Shown: one piece after another, positions 40,301-48,745 of the stretch
Position numbering within the stretch: position 1 is the first letter of the stretch
Layout of the letters: the number at the start of each line of letters is the position of its first letter
Origin: Candidatus Hydrogenedentota bacterium
GTDB lineage: Bacteria; Hydrogenedentota; Hydrogenedentia; Hydrogenedentales; JAEUWI01
Assembly (NCBI GenBank): GCA_034669905.1
Contig: JAXMOL010000014.1
Span: 81,527 to 145,526 of the forward strand
Length of the DNA stretch: 64,000 nt
Direction: 5' to 3'
Position numbers and translations under genes: made by a program
Notes under the pieces: model-generated
What the model was told of the DNA's origin: nothing
Seen by the model: the letters and a program-made list of their open reading frames with translations, nothing else
The model's database searches: none

Positions 40301-40542
40301 AGACGCGTCGCGGCACCCCCTTCGGCGGGCATCACATACACTTCCCACGCCCCGTCATCCCGACCACTGAAGGCCAGCAACTTCCCATCAGGCGAAAGAC
40401 GCGGCGTGTTGACCGCCCCCAGACTGGTCGTCAAGCGACGGGCCACCCCACCCGAGGCGGGGACCGACCACAGGTCATCTTCGGAACAAAATACAAGAAT
40501 ATCGTGGTGAATGCTAGGACTGCGGTAGTAACCGTACATCAT
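37321..40542 (-). CDS. Tricorn protease homologue (S41 family)
   Basis: WKRYRGG, two beta-propellers, GELGTSHAY, PDZ, IDVRYNGGG, AGSDGDIF (catalytic Ser), IGTRTWGG. No signal peptide. Confidence 0.95.
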   Translation of the reverse strand: MMYGYYRSPSIHHDILVFCSEDDLWSVPASGGVARRLTTSLGAVNTPRLSPDGKLLAFSGRDDGAWEVYVMPAEGGAATRLTYQGVVAQVAGWSADGTEIYYSSDSASAFGGARTLWSVKVTGGAPRELPWGPASHLSEGPGGGLVLGRNTGDPARWKRYRGGRAGQLWIDRDGSGSFERLQPAEGNITSPMWIGKRIYFLSDHEGVGNLYSCTPTGKSLKRHTHGDEFYARGATTDGQQIVYHAGANCYCYDVKTDTSRCLDITMPSPQVQRRQRFVSAANNLQGYVLRPDGKALAITARGKLFTMGNWEGPVMPQHQDGEGRARLSTWLNDAKRMLIVSDDSGEERLKIVDTTGQKKAKAFNRIDVGHVMGVAVSPKDDLAAVRNHRFELILADLKKGTGTTIEQSDYAPVTGAVWSPDGQWLAYSVAPTSRTRIIRLYHVSTGKKHDVTRPEFNDVAPSWDPEGKYLYFISYREYNPVYDALHFDLGFPQAMQLMVVPLRTDVPSPFVPRLEAEVAPAAGKDKKKKDKEKPPALTIDVAGLPGRVLSFPKGAGRYGRIVGIKGKILYSQYHVKGSLATHGTNPKTSGGTLYAYDLATMKEDSLVSGVDSFSVSRDRTTLLYRTGKRLRVIKAGDKPSDAKSNGLVKDGGRGAGWINLDRVRVSVDPPAEWRQMLREAWRLQRDYFWDENMSGVDWAHVYERYVPLLDRVACRSELSDLMWEMQGELGTSHAYEMGGDYRQVPRTPLGKLGASFQWDGKAKGYRVRDIVVGDSWDEQQRSPLCAPAVNVGEGDVILAINGTPLTRSLTPGHALVNLGGQEVALRVKPRKGKVREVVVTTLFSESGLRYRAWVNRNREEVHRRSKGQVGYVHIPNMGAQGYAEFHRGWLPELHYPALIIDVRYNGGGHVSQLLLEKLARERLGYDVSRWHTPEAYPRESVLGPMVALTNENAGSDGDIFSHCFKRMNLGPLIGTRTWGGVIGINPSTELVDGSVTTQPEYSFWFDDVAWGVENYGTDPDVEVFIAPQDYKAGKDPQLQAGLDRVLQMMTENPPKLPEFHARPSLKLPKLPKG

Positions 40543-40778
40543 ATTTCCCGGGGCGTCGAAGGAGGTGTTTGCCCACGCGCAAACAAGGGCGTGAGGCCCC
40601 CATCATACCACCCGGAAGGCCGCGATTGCAGGGGACAACCGGGAGCAAATTTCTTCGTTGCCGTACCCGCATCCGTCTGTTAGACTGGCGAAAGTAGCGG
40701 ATACGTGTGGGAAGGCGACGTGGCAGGCAGCTGCGGATCCGTTGAGCCCCCGCCCTCGACCAATCGGAGAATAAAGCC

Positions 40779-41330
40779 ATGGATTTTAAAGTCGGCCTCA
40801 GCGCCAAACCCAAGAAAGATGCCGCCCTCGCTAAGGTCGCATCGGAAGGTGAAAAGCACTTCAAGGAAGCCCTCAAAGAAGTCGTCGAAGAGATCGGTAT
40901 GTGCATGGAAAATGCCCGCCTCGTCGACCAGCGCGTCAAGGAAATGGCCGGGCAGGCCGCCTTCGAAATCGAAAAGAAACTCGCTGAATCGGGAAATGCC
41001 CGCATTACCCACCTCGCTCGGGCCCTCGGTTTCGATGTGGAGATTGACGAAGATGAGCCCAGCGATGATGAGGCCATGGCCACGCTGGGTGAAGTCGAAG
41101 AGGTTGCCGAAGAAGCCGATGAAGACGACGGCGATGACGGAACCGATTTCAATCTCGATGACGACGAGGAAGAAGACGACGGCGAATTTAATTTTGATGA
41201 TGACGACGACGATGGAGACGACGACGGCGAGTTTAACTTCGATGATGACGACGACGATGGAGACGACGACGAGACCTTCAATTTCGACGATGATGACGGA
41301 GACGACGACGATGAATTTAAGTTCGACTGA
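40779..41330 (+). CDS. Hypothetical protein with extremely acidic, repetitive C-terminal tail
   Basis: GGAG RBS; ~90-aa N-terminal domain, then D/E-rich repeats punctuated by FNL/FNF/FKF; has its own terminator. Confidence 0.8.
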   Translation: MDFKVGLSAKPKKDAALAKVASEGEKHFKEALKEVVEEIGMCMENARLVDQRVKEMAGQAAFEIEKKLAESGNARITHLARALGFDVEIDEDEPSDDEAMATLGEVEEVAEEADEDDGDDGTDFNLDDDEEEDDGEFNFDDDDDDGDDDGEFNFDDDDDDGDDDETFNFDDDDGDDDDEFKFD

Positions 41331-41380
41331 GCGTCCATAGCCGGTCCGCCACACCGGCACCGCCCGTTTTCGGTCCACTC

Positions 41381-41425
41381 ACCCCGCATTCGCCAAAGCC
41401 AGCCGGCGGCGAACGCGGGGTTTTT
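41381..41425 (+). terminator. Rho-independent terminator
   Basis: ACCCCGCATTCGCC...GGCGAACGCGGGGT followed by a T-run. Confidence 0.8.
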
Positions 41426-41498
41426 ATTGTTTTTCGATAATTTTTCCAGCCGTCACGCCCCAAAGCAAGACGTATTTACGTAAAAGCAAATTTAGGTC

Positions 41499-41527
41499 TT
41501 GACGGATTTAATGAACTGCGATATACT
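41499..41527 (+). promoter_or_regulatory. Sigma70-type promoter
   Basis: TTGACG-17 bp-TATACT with an AT-rich upstream segment. Confidence 0.8.
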
Positions 41528-41909
41528 TTGGGTACTGAAAGCAACTTTCAGACTCTCTTCCCTCGGGGACCCTGTTGCTGACCACGCAGGGTCCCCCCTT
41601 CCTTTTCCCGGAAGTCGACCTCGCGGCGTGCTTCGTCGTAACCACCCTGGCCTCCCTGGCGCTCCGTGGGACAGGTAGGACGCCTGTGACCTGTGGGACC
41701 CTGTAAACACACCGTCGAAAGGGAGACCTTTAGTCCCATAGCCTTACGGGACCTACCGGCTCCGACCGCCCTGCAGGACTCGCTGGCGACGTGCACACCC
41801 CCGCTTGGGCTACCCCGTCCCGCTTCACCCCCATTGCACCCTGCGCCCTCCGCACCCTACAATGCCGTCTCAAACCGACACCCTGCCTCACGAAAGGAAT
41901 TCCCCGGCC

Positions 41910-42656
41910 ATGTCTGAAGGTTTACGCGTCACCATCTGGAACGAAGGCGTCCACGAAAAAACCAACCCCAAAGTTTCTGCCCTCTATCCCAAAGGACTGG
42001 GCCACCAAATCGCCCAGTACATGGAAAAGGTACCCGGCATCGCCACTGTACGTGTCGCCGAGCTCGATGACCCCGAACACGGCCTCACCGACGCGGTCCT
42101 CGAAAACACCGACGTCATGACCTGGTGGGGTCACACCGCCCACGACCGCGTCGACGATGCCATCGTGGCGAAAGTCCAGGAACGGGTCGTACAGCACGGC
42201 ATGGGACTCATCGTCCTTCACAGCGGCCACCACTCCAAGATCTTCAAGAACCTGATGGGCACCTCCTGCGATCTGAAATGGCGGGAGTACAACGACACCG
42301 GTGAAAAAGAACGGCTCTGGGTCGTCGACCCGGCCCACCCTATCGTCGATGGCATCCCGGAAAAGATCGAACTCGAGCTCACCGAAATGTACGGCGAACA
42401 CTTCGACATCCCCCAACCCGACCAACAGGTTTTCATCAGCTGGTTCCAGGGGGGCGAAGTCTTTCGCAGTGGCTGCTGCTGGCACCGCGGCCTCGGCAAG
42501 GTCTTCTACTTCCGCCCCGGCCACGAAACCCTGCCCATCTACCACAACGAGACCATCTTGAAAGTCATCGCCAACGGCATCAAATGGGCCGCGCCGAGTC
42601 GCGTCGAAGGCGGCATCTTCCGCGGCAACGCCGAGCCATTGGAAAAAATGGAATAG
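41910..42656 (+). CDS. thuA: ThuA-like (trehalose utilisation) protein
   Basis: VTIWNEGVHE, PEHGLT, WWGHTAH, GMGLIVLHSGH, EMYGE and FYFRPGHE motifs; GAAAGGA RBS. Confidence 0.88.
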   Translation: MSEGLRVTIWNEGVHEKTNPKVSALYPKGLGHQIAQYMEKVPGIATVRVAELDDPEHGLTDAVLENTDVMTWWGHTAHDRVDDAIVAKVQERVVQHGMGLIVLHSGHHSKIFKNLMGTSCDLKWREYNDTGEKERLWVVDPAHPIVDGIPEKIELELTEMYGEHFDIPQPDQQVFISWFQGGEVFRSGCCWHRGLGKVFYFRPGHETLPIYHNETILKVIANGIKWAAPSRVEGGIFRGNAEPLEKME

Positions 42657-42660
42657 GGAA

Positions 42661-42716
42661 GTTTGAAGAGTGAAGAGTGAAGGGTGAAGTTTGAAGTTTG
42701 AAGGGTGAAGGGTGAA
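42661..42716 (+). repeat. 7-bp tandem array, 8 units (GTTTGAA/GAGTGAA/GGGTGAA)
   Basis: Read directly from the sequence; begins 4 bp after the thuA stop. Confidence 0.95.
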
Positions 42717-42749
42717 GAGGAAACGCTTGCATCACCAGAGGGGAGCGCT

Positions 42750-43106
42750 ATGAAGTCAGATTTGCCAAGCCGGACTTTTGAATTTTCGATACGGATTGTA
42801 GGGCTGTGCAAGCACCTGAGCCACCAGCCACGTGTTCCACGAACAATGGCGAATCAACTGCTGCGCTCGGGGACTTCAATTGGTGCCAACGTCGAAGAAG
42901 GTCAGGCCTCACAGAGTCCGGCTGACTTCGTCAGCAAGTACAGCATTGCCTGTAAAGAAGCTCGGGAAACCCACTACTGGCTGAGACTGCTCGCCGCAAC
43001 TGACACGGTGCCATCCGATCGCGTAGCCGATCTCGAGCAGGAGTGCAACGAATTGATCGCCATCTTGACGACGATCATCAAAAAGGTAAAGAGCAAAACA
43101 CCATAG
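42750..43106 (+). CDS. Four-helix bundle protein (TIGR02436 / 23S rRNA-IVP, Avd-like fold)
   Basis: RTFEFSIRIV...QLLRSGTSIGANVEEG...DFVSKYSIACKEARETHYWLRLL...ECNELIAIL; GAGGGGAG RBS. Confidence 0.93.
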   Translation: MKSDLPSRTFEFSIRIVGLCKHLSHQPRVPRTMANQLLRSGTSIGANVEEGQASQSPADFVSKYSIACKEARETHYWLRLLAATDTVPSDRVADLEQECNELIAILTTIIKKVKSKTP

Positions 43107-43113
43107 CGAAATC

Positions 43114-43316
43114 TTCACTCTTCAAACTTCACTCTTCACTCTTCACTCTTCACCCTTCACTCTTCACTCTTCACCCTTCACTCTTCACTCTTCACTCTTC
43201 ACTCTTCACTCTTCACCCTTCACTCTTCACTCTTCACTCTTCACCCTTCACCCTTCACCCTTCACCCTTCACCCTTCACCCTTCACCCTTCACCCTTCAC
43301 CCTTCACCCTTCAAAC
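43114..43316 (+). repeat. 7-bp tandem array, 29 units (TTCACTC x14, TTCACCC x13, TTCAAAC x2)
   Basis: The units are the reverse complements of the three unit types at 42661-42716. Confidence 0.95.
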
Positions 43317-43870
43317 AATTTTTTGTCCAGTTTTCGCATGGTCTTCAACAACATCTTGCTGCTGCCGATGCACTGGGGATTCTTCCAGCGCTCGCTGGTG
43401 AAATACACCGTGCAAAAGTAGTAGGCCCGTTCGTAGTCGTGCTCTTTCACATAGTAGTGCACGAGATACTCAAAGGCCACGGACCAGGGGATTCCCTCCG
43501 CCACCAGGCGCTCCCAGAAGGCCACCTGCTCGCTCCGATCCTGACAGCGGGCCGCCGCCTGGATTCGTTGTTGCCAATAGGCCTCGTCAACGTTTCGTGC
43601 GAAGGCCTTCTGGGCGTCTTCATAGTTATCGCGGCAATAGTCAAAATAGGCGAGGCGTTCCCGATACCAGGACTTTGGCTGGGCTTCGATCGCCACCCGG
43701 GGCAAGGGAGGCGCAGTGTTGGCGTCAATCGTAATCGCGCCGCCGCAGGTATTGCACGAACCCGACTGCCCCACATACTGTTCGGGCACCTGACGCACGG
43801 CCTGGCAATGGGGACAGGTGAAGTAAATATGAAAGGGTACTGGGGATTCCAGGAACAGGGTACTGGGCAT
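43304..43870 (-). CDS. Hypothetical protein with N-terminal zinc ribbon and helical C-terminus
   Basis: FTCPHC-x17-CNTCGG. Start uncertain (ORF open to 44050). The stop codon lies inside the heptamer array. Confidence 0.65.
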   Translation of the reverse strand: MPSTLFLESPVPFHIYFTCPHCQAVRQVPEQYVGQSGSCNTCGGAITIDANTAPPLPRVAIEAQPKSWYRERLAYFDYCRDNYEDAQKAFARNVDEAYWQQRIQAAARCQDRSEQVAFWERLVAEGIPWSVAFEYLVHYYVKEHDYERAYYFCTVYFTSERWKNPQCIGSSKMLLKTMRKLDKKLFEG

Positions 43871-44181
43871 GAGAAAAACTCCGTTCTCGATACTTTTTGT
43901 TGGCGATGCACCCCATGCGCAGGTGCGATACCACGATGCTTCCGTAGTACAACCCCATGGTGCGCGGGATGTTAGAGAATATACCGCTGCAGACGGCTGT
44001 TTATTCGGTGGATCAAGGGACCATTTCCGGGTGAGAGCACCCTCCACCAACAGCGCCGGGACTGCAGGACCCGTGAGGTCGGAAACTTAAACCCGGGCAC
44101 GGCCAGAAAGTGCCCCATGTCGGAAAGATTTCGACGGGGCCATCTCCGGGACGTCAGGGGAGCGGCTTCCAACCCATCACG

Positions 44182-46089
44182 TTAGTCAAGTACTATATCC
44201 CCATTTCGCGCTTCGAGTTGCATCGAATGGGCCCCTTCGCCGATATAGTTGCGAAATTCTTCCTTCCGCCGCCCCAATATCTGGCCGGAAAGGGGAAAAG
44301 CGCTGTCAATCGTGCCCCCATCCACAGCCACACTGAGATTGGCCGTAGGCAGGTTGCCCAGCACCAGACTCAGGTCGCCCTCTTCTACGAGGACATCATA
44401 ATCACCGGCAACCCCCTTCAGCGCCAGAATACGTACGTTCCCCAGGTTATTGCGCACCATCACCCCGGCCCCCGGACTGTCCACGATGGTATCGCCCTGC
44501 ACACAGGTCACCGACACATCACCCCGAACCCGCTCGAACCGGGTATCGCCATACCGTGCGGAGGCCGTCACCGCCCCCGTACCGCCGGTAATCCGGACCC
44601 CGCCATTTTTATTGGTGAGGTTCAGCGGCCCCGCAAAACGCTGGGCGCTGATGGTGCCCACGGTCTGATCGACCACGACGGGCGCCACATTGCCACTGAT
44701 CTGGGTATGCCCCTCTTCCGCCACCACGTTTACCGGCAGATGACGGGGATAGCGCAACTCGAGATTCACGCGATACTGACTGCACTGGAGGGTCTCCATA
44801 TCCGCCGTCAGCACCGTCCGAATCAACAGCGTATCGGTACTCTTATCCTGCTCCACCCGCAAGGCCAGGGCTTCCAACGCCGCCGTCGCCTTGGAGGCAC
44901 TCGGCACCCAGACCACCCGCGTGGCCGCAATCTGCACCCCGGGATCATCCGTCGCGACGACCTGTATGTCGCCGATAACACCCTCCACCGCAATCTTCGT
45001 GTAGGGGGTCACCACCACGTTTTCACGCACCGTCTCGCTGATGGGCTTGTCCGCAGACTCCCCCCCGGTAGCGGTGGCACCCGCCTCGCCTTCAAAAAGT
45101 ATCTGCACATCCGAAAAGGTGCCGCTGATGTCAATGCGCTGACGGGCATCCGGACTTCCATGACGGGCCAGAATGCGGGCCCCCTGCTCTGATCGGGCCA
45201 CCGGCAAATCAGACGTAATCGTGCCATATCGCGTCACGGCGGTCAGGTCGGGCGCACTCCCTTTCGGCAATACCAGCGTGGTGGTGCTGCTCTCACTGAC
45301 CACGTCCAACTCGGCATCCACTTCCAGGGCACCCACGGTCACACTGCCCCCAAAGGCATTGATACGCAGTGCCCCCGCAATCTGGCCAAAGTGGGCGCCG
45401 CTCCCGTGCAGTTGAAAGGTGCCGCCCTGCTCCAGGCCCAGGACGCGCAGGGGAAATTCGCCCCGCAAGCGGGCACTCACCGCCCCTCCCAGCTCAGCCA
45501 GATCGACAATGCCGTATTGGGACTCAAGGGCAACGAGGCCATCCACACCCCGAATATAGGTATCGCCGAAAAAGTTTTCGGAAACCACCTGGGCGTTTCG
45601 TGGCGCGGTGATATAGAGGTTCACCTGCTTGGTGATGGTGCCCATGTCGCGGTGATGCTCGGGAAAGATGGGACGAATGTAAACGCCCCCCTCTTGCTCA
45701 CTGATGGAAACCGTAATCGCGCGGGACACTTCTTCCGCGACACTGGCCGATTCGGCCCCCACGATGACCTTGGCACTCACCTGGACCACCCGGTCTTCCC
45801 AGGTATCCACGTGAATCTCACCAAATTCATTGGTCACATTGACGATGGGAGAGGGGCCCGTCTGGCGCTGGTCGCTGAAATCGCGTTCAACGGTGTGGGC
45901 CGCTTCCTTTTCTTTGCCAATATCGAGGCCGGGTCCAAAAAAGCCCCCGGCCTTTTCGCCCACCTTACGCATCCCCTTGCCCATCTCATCAAAGAGGGTC
46001 TGGGTCTTCTCGAGGAAACCTTCCTGGGAAACAACACTGCTGCAACACAAGATGGCCAGCAGGAGCGTCAGTGATTTTCGCATACCCAT
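44182..46089 (-). CDS. Exported DUF4097-like beta-strand repeat protein
   Basis: Signal peptide; two blocks of xGxIxV / NGDI-type beta-solenoid repeats; third gene of the ECF operon. Confidence 0.75.
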   Translation of the reverse strand: MGMRKSLTLLLAILCCSSVVSQEGFLEKTQTLFDEMGKGMRKVGEKAGGFFGPGLDIGKEKEAAHTVERDFSDQRQTGPSPIVNVTNEFGEIHVDTWEDRVVQVSAKVIVGAESASVAEEVSRAITVSISEQEGGVYIRPIFPEHHRDMGTITKQVNLYITAPRNAQVVSENFFGDTYIRGVDGLVALESQYGIVDLAELGGAVSARLRGEFPLRVLGLEQGGTFQLHGSGAHFGQIAGALRINAFGGSVTVGALEVDAELDVVSESSTTTLVLPKGSAPDLTAVTRYGTITSDLPVARSEQGARILARHGSPDARQRIDISGTFSDVQILFEGEAGATATGGESADKPISETVRENVVVTPYTKIAVEGVIGDIQVVATDDPGVQIAATRVVWVPSASKATAALEALALRVEQDKSTDTLLIRTVLTADMETLQCSQYRVNLELRYPRHLPVNVVAEEGHTQISGNVAPVVVDQTVGTISAQRFAGPLNLTNKNGGVRITGGTGAVTASARYGDTRFERVRGDVSVTCVQGDTIVDSPGAGVMVRNNLGNVRILALKGVAGDYDVLVEEGDLSLVLGNLPTANLSVAVDGGTIDSAFPLSGQILGRRKEEFRNYIGEGAHSMQLEARNGDIVLD

Positions 46090-46264
46090 AAATTCTATCC
46101 GATCATACGTCGTGACCCGGAGTCCGGCAGGCGAAGTGAATAGCGCTCAGGACCCGCCAACGAGGAGCCAGTATAGCAGCGGGGATACACCCTTTACAGG
46201 GCCGGGATAGCCCGCAAGCAAGGGGAAGGGGGGGAACGGCTCGGACGATACGCTACCGCGTTCC

Positions 46265-46969
46265 TTAGAGGCTGCCGCCCTCAACGTAGATGTTGCGCAG
46301 CGATTCGGCCTGCTGCTTGAGGGTGGCATGGACCACATGGGTGGCACGCACACTGTTGGGATTGCGCTCCAGGGCCGACATGGCTGCCGCAATATCGGCG
46401 TCACGGGACTGGACCACCCGCATTTCTTCCAGGGCTTCCGGCGTGGGCGCTTCATTACGCTTGCCCGAAACCGCCGCGGAAAGGGTACGCACTTCGGCGG
46501 CCACCTCGACCGTCGCCTGACGCAATGCTTCGGGAGAACGGCCAGTCGCAGTTACCACGGGCACGGTCTCCGCAAAGGTCGGGGTGCTCACGTCACTTTC
46601 CGAGGAACCCAGGAAAGCGTTAAAGGTCACGCCCATAATCAGCAACATCGCAGCTGCACAGGCACCCGCCTGGGCCACCTTAAAGGCCATCCGCAGGGGC
46701 GTCGCCTTTTGCTTCATCTCGGTGCGGGTCGTCTTGCCGGCCATCAGAATACGGGCCGTCATCTCCGAACTCACGTCCAGTTCGGGAGCCGATGCCGCGA
46801 AGGACAGCGAGGCACGCATGGCCTCCACTTCGGCCTTACAGGATGGACACGCACTGAGATGGGACGCCATCGTGCGATCAATGGCCCCACCCTGATCCTG
46901 CATGTTCTCGGCATACACCAGCAGCGCCTGCTTACTGGGATGATTGCGTATTTTTAATGCCACTTGCAC
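46265..46969 (-). CDS. Zinc-binding (ZAS) transmembrane anti-sigma factor
   Basis: HLSACPSC (HxxxCxxC) with an upstream His, one TM helix, located directly downstream of the ECF sigma gene. Confidence 0.8.
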   Translation of the reverse strand: MQVALKIRNHPSKQALLVYAENMQDQGGAIDRTMASHLSACPSCKAEVEAMRASLSFAASAPELDVSSEMTARILMAGKTTRTEMKQKATPLRMAFKVAQAGACAAAMLLIMGVTFNAFLGSSESDVSTPTFAETVPVVTATGRSPEALRQATVEVAAEVRTLSAAVSGKRNEAPTPEALEEMRVVQSRDADIAAAMSALERNPNSVRATHVVHATLKQQAESLRNIYVEGGSL

Positions 46970-47071
46970 TTGCGTTCTGCCTTTTCAAACGACGCGATAC
47001 CAAGTCTCGGGCGTAACCCGCCCCGAGTCACACAAACCATGCGCCTGCCAGGTCCGTCTGACCATCCACGC

Positions 47072-47743
47072 TTACACGTACTCGCGGTATTTTTCCAAGT
47101 AGGGCCGCAGCGCCCGTTCCGCACGTACGATACGTGATTTGATGGTGCCTACCGGCACCTCCAGCACTTCCGAAATCTCTTCGTAAGAAAGATCCTGGAA
47201 ACGCCGCAATACAAAGGTCTCCCGTTGGTGTTCCGGAAGATGACGGAGTGCTTCGTTGACCGCCTCGGAGATTTCTCCCCGTTGGAAGGCCGCCAGCACG
47301 TTCGCCTTTTCATCGCCCACGTGGTCGAGGGGATTAAAGGATTCATCGTCTTCCTGATTCCACCAACTGGAAAGACTGAAGAACTTGGGACGACGCTTGC
47401 GACGCGCCCATTCCTTCGAAACAATATTCGACGCTATCGTGTACAGATAGGTCGTGAACTTTGCGGTCGGCTGGTAGCGGGCACCGTTCTTCACCAGCGC
47501 GAGAAAGACCTCCTGGGTCAGCTCCTCGGCGATGTGACGGTTCTGTACCATGCGATAGGTATAGTTGAGGACGCCGCGCTGATGGCGATGGACCAATACG
47601 GAATAGGCCTCTTCGGAGCCTTTTCCATGTTCCAGCATCAACGCTTCGTCGGTCCAGTCTTTCAGAGGTCCTTCGCCACGCTCGACAACGCGCAACTTCG
47701 GCTCCGGTTTCAGCTGGACTACGTTTTCCATTCCTTCGGCCAT
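47072..47743 (-). CDS. ECF RNA polymerase sigma factor
   Basis: AEELTQEVF, FTTYLYTIASN, LSYEEISEVLEVPVGTIKSRIVRA. Confidence 0.93.
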   Translation of the reverse strand: MAEGMENVVQLKPEPKLRVVERGEGPLKDWTDEALMLEHGKGSEEAYSVLVHRHQRGVLNYTYRMVQNRHIAEELTQEVFLALVKNGARYQPTAKFTTYLYTIASNIVSKEWARRKRRPKFFSLSSWWNQEDDESFNPLDHVGDEKANVLAAFQRGEISEAVNEALRHLPEHQRETFVLRRFQDLSYEEISEVLEVPVGTIKSRIVRAERALRPYLEKYREYV

Positions 47744-47926
47744 GATGTCTATTCTATCCCCACGGGCTGTCCACACAGTTCTATGGGAATATATCCTCTC
47801 GGGTTACAAAAGGTTCCAAACAATTTCGCCACGGGTGCAGTATACCAGAAAGCAGGGGCCATGCAATATAATCACCACCCCATTTTTAGGCACAGCCTAA
47901 AACCCGCACCCCCGACAAAGCCCCCC

Positions 47927-48745
47927 TCACCCCTCCGAATCCACCGCCTCGTCGCGCGGTTGCTTATTCTCCATCATCAGATCGTCCAGAATCAGGATCC
48001 GCTCGCACCAGATCATCAGCAGGGTGCACAAATAGCGCCGGCCCATCTTCCGGAGACGCAGGTTACTGACCCCCCAGGTCCGGCCCGACCATGTAATAGG
48101 CACATCCGCAATCCGATAGCGCCGAATCAGGCTGGAAAGGGACATTTCAATCGTGATGTTGAAGTGGGCCGCCTGCAGGGGCAGGATGCTCTCAATGACG
48201 TGGCGTCGGTAGACCTTGAAGGCATTGGTGAGATCGTTGTGATGGGTCATGAACAAGACCTGCATGGCACGATTCACCATGCGGTTCACCACGAGCTTCA
48301 CCGGCGGATAGTGGGTGACCTTGCTGCCCCGGACAAACCGAGACCCAAAGACGCAGTCGTAACCCTCTTCCAGCTTGCGATAGCACCGTACCACATCATC
48401 GGGATGGTCCGAGCTGTCGGCCATCACCACGGCCAGGGCATCGCCCGTGAAATGATTGAGTCCACAACGGATGGCCCGGCCCAGGCCGCCAGGCGGCGTG
48501 TTATACACCAGGCGAATCTCCGGGATTTCCCGGGCCTTTTCTTCAATGACCGCCGGTGTATTGTCCGTGCTGTTATCATTTACCACCAGCAACTCAAAGG
48601 GGATTTTCTCGGCGCGCAACTTCTCCGCCAGGGTCTCCAGCGTGGGGATAATATTCTTCTCCTCATTGTACGCCGGAATGAGGATGGAGTACTTCAGCGT
48701 GTTCGGCGGAAGCGGCTGGAGTTTAGATGCGGCCTTCGAAGCCAT
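47927..48745 (-). CDS. GT2 glycosyltransferase (DPM1-like)
   Basis: [28 protein letters not shown] and C-terminal RTWGVS motifs. Confidence 0.88.
   Translation of the reverse strand: MASKAASKLQPLPPNTLKYSILIPAYNEEKNIIPTLETLAEKLRAEKIPFELLVVNDNSTDNTPAVIEEKAREIPEIRLVYNTPPGGLGRAIRCGLNHFTGDALAVVMADSSDHPDDVVRCYRKLEEGYDCVFGSRFVRGSKVTHYPPVKLVVNRMVNRAMQVLFMTHHNDLTNAFKVYRRHVIESILPLQAAHFNITIEMSLSSLIRRYRIADVPITWSGRTWGVSNLRLRKMGRRYLCTLLMIWCERILILDDLMMENKQPRDEAVDSEG

Noticed and set aside
40514..41389. Ser-rich and Val/Ile-rich minus-strand ORFs
   Set aside because: They are antisense shadows of the Asp-rich gene, which has the RBS and terminator.
42705..42749. N-terminal extension of the four-helix protein
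   Set aside because: The GTG start lies within the repeat array; ATG 42750 has an RBS and matches the family start.
42750..43106. Diversity-generating retroelement or 23S rRNA intervening sequence
   Set aside because: No reverse transcriptase, no template/variable repeat pair and no rRNA sequence seen nearby.
43043..43975. 310-aa ORF with LFTLHPS repeats
   Set aside because: It is a translation of the heptamer array plus the antisense of the zinc-ribbon gene.
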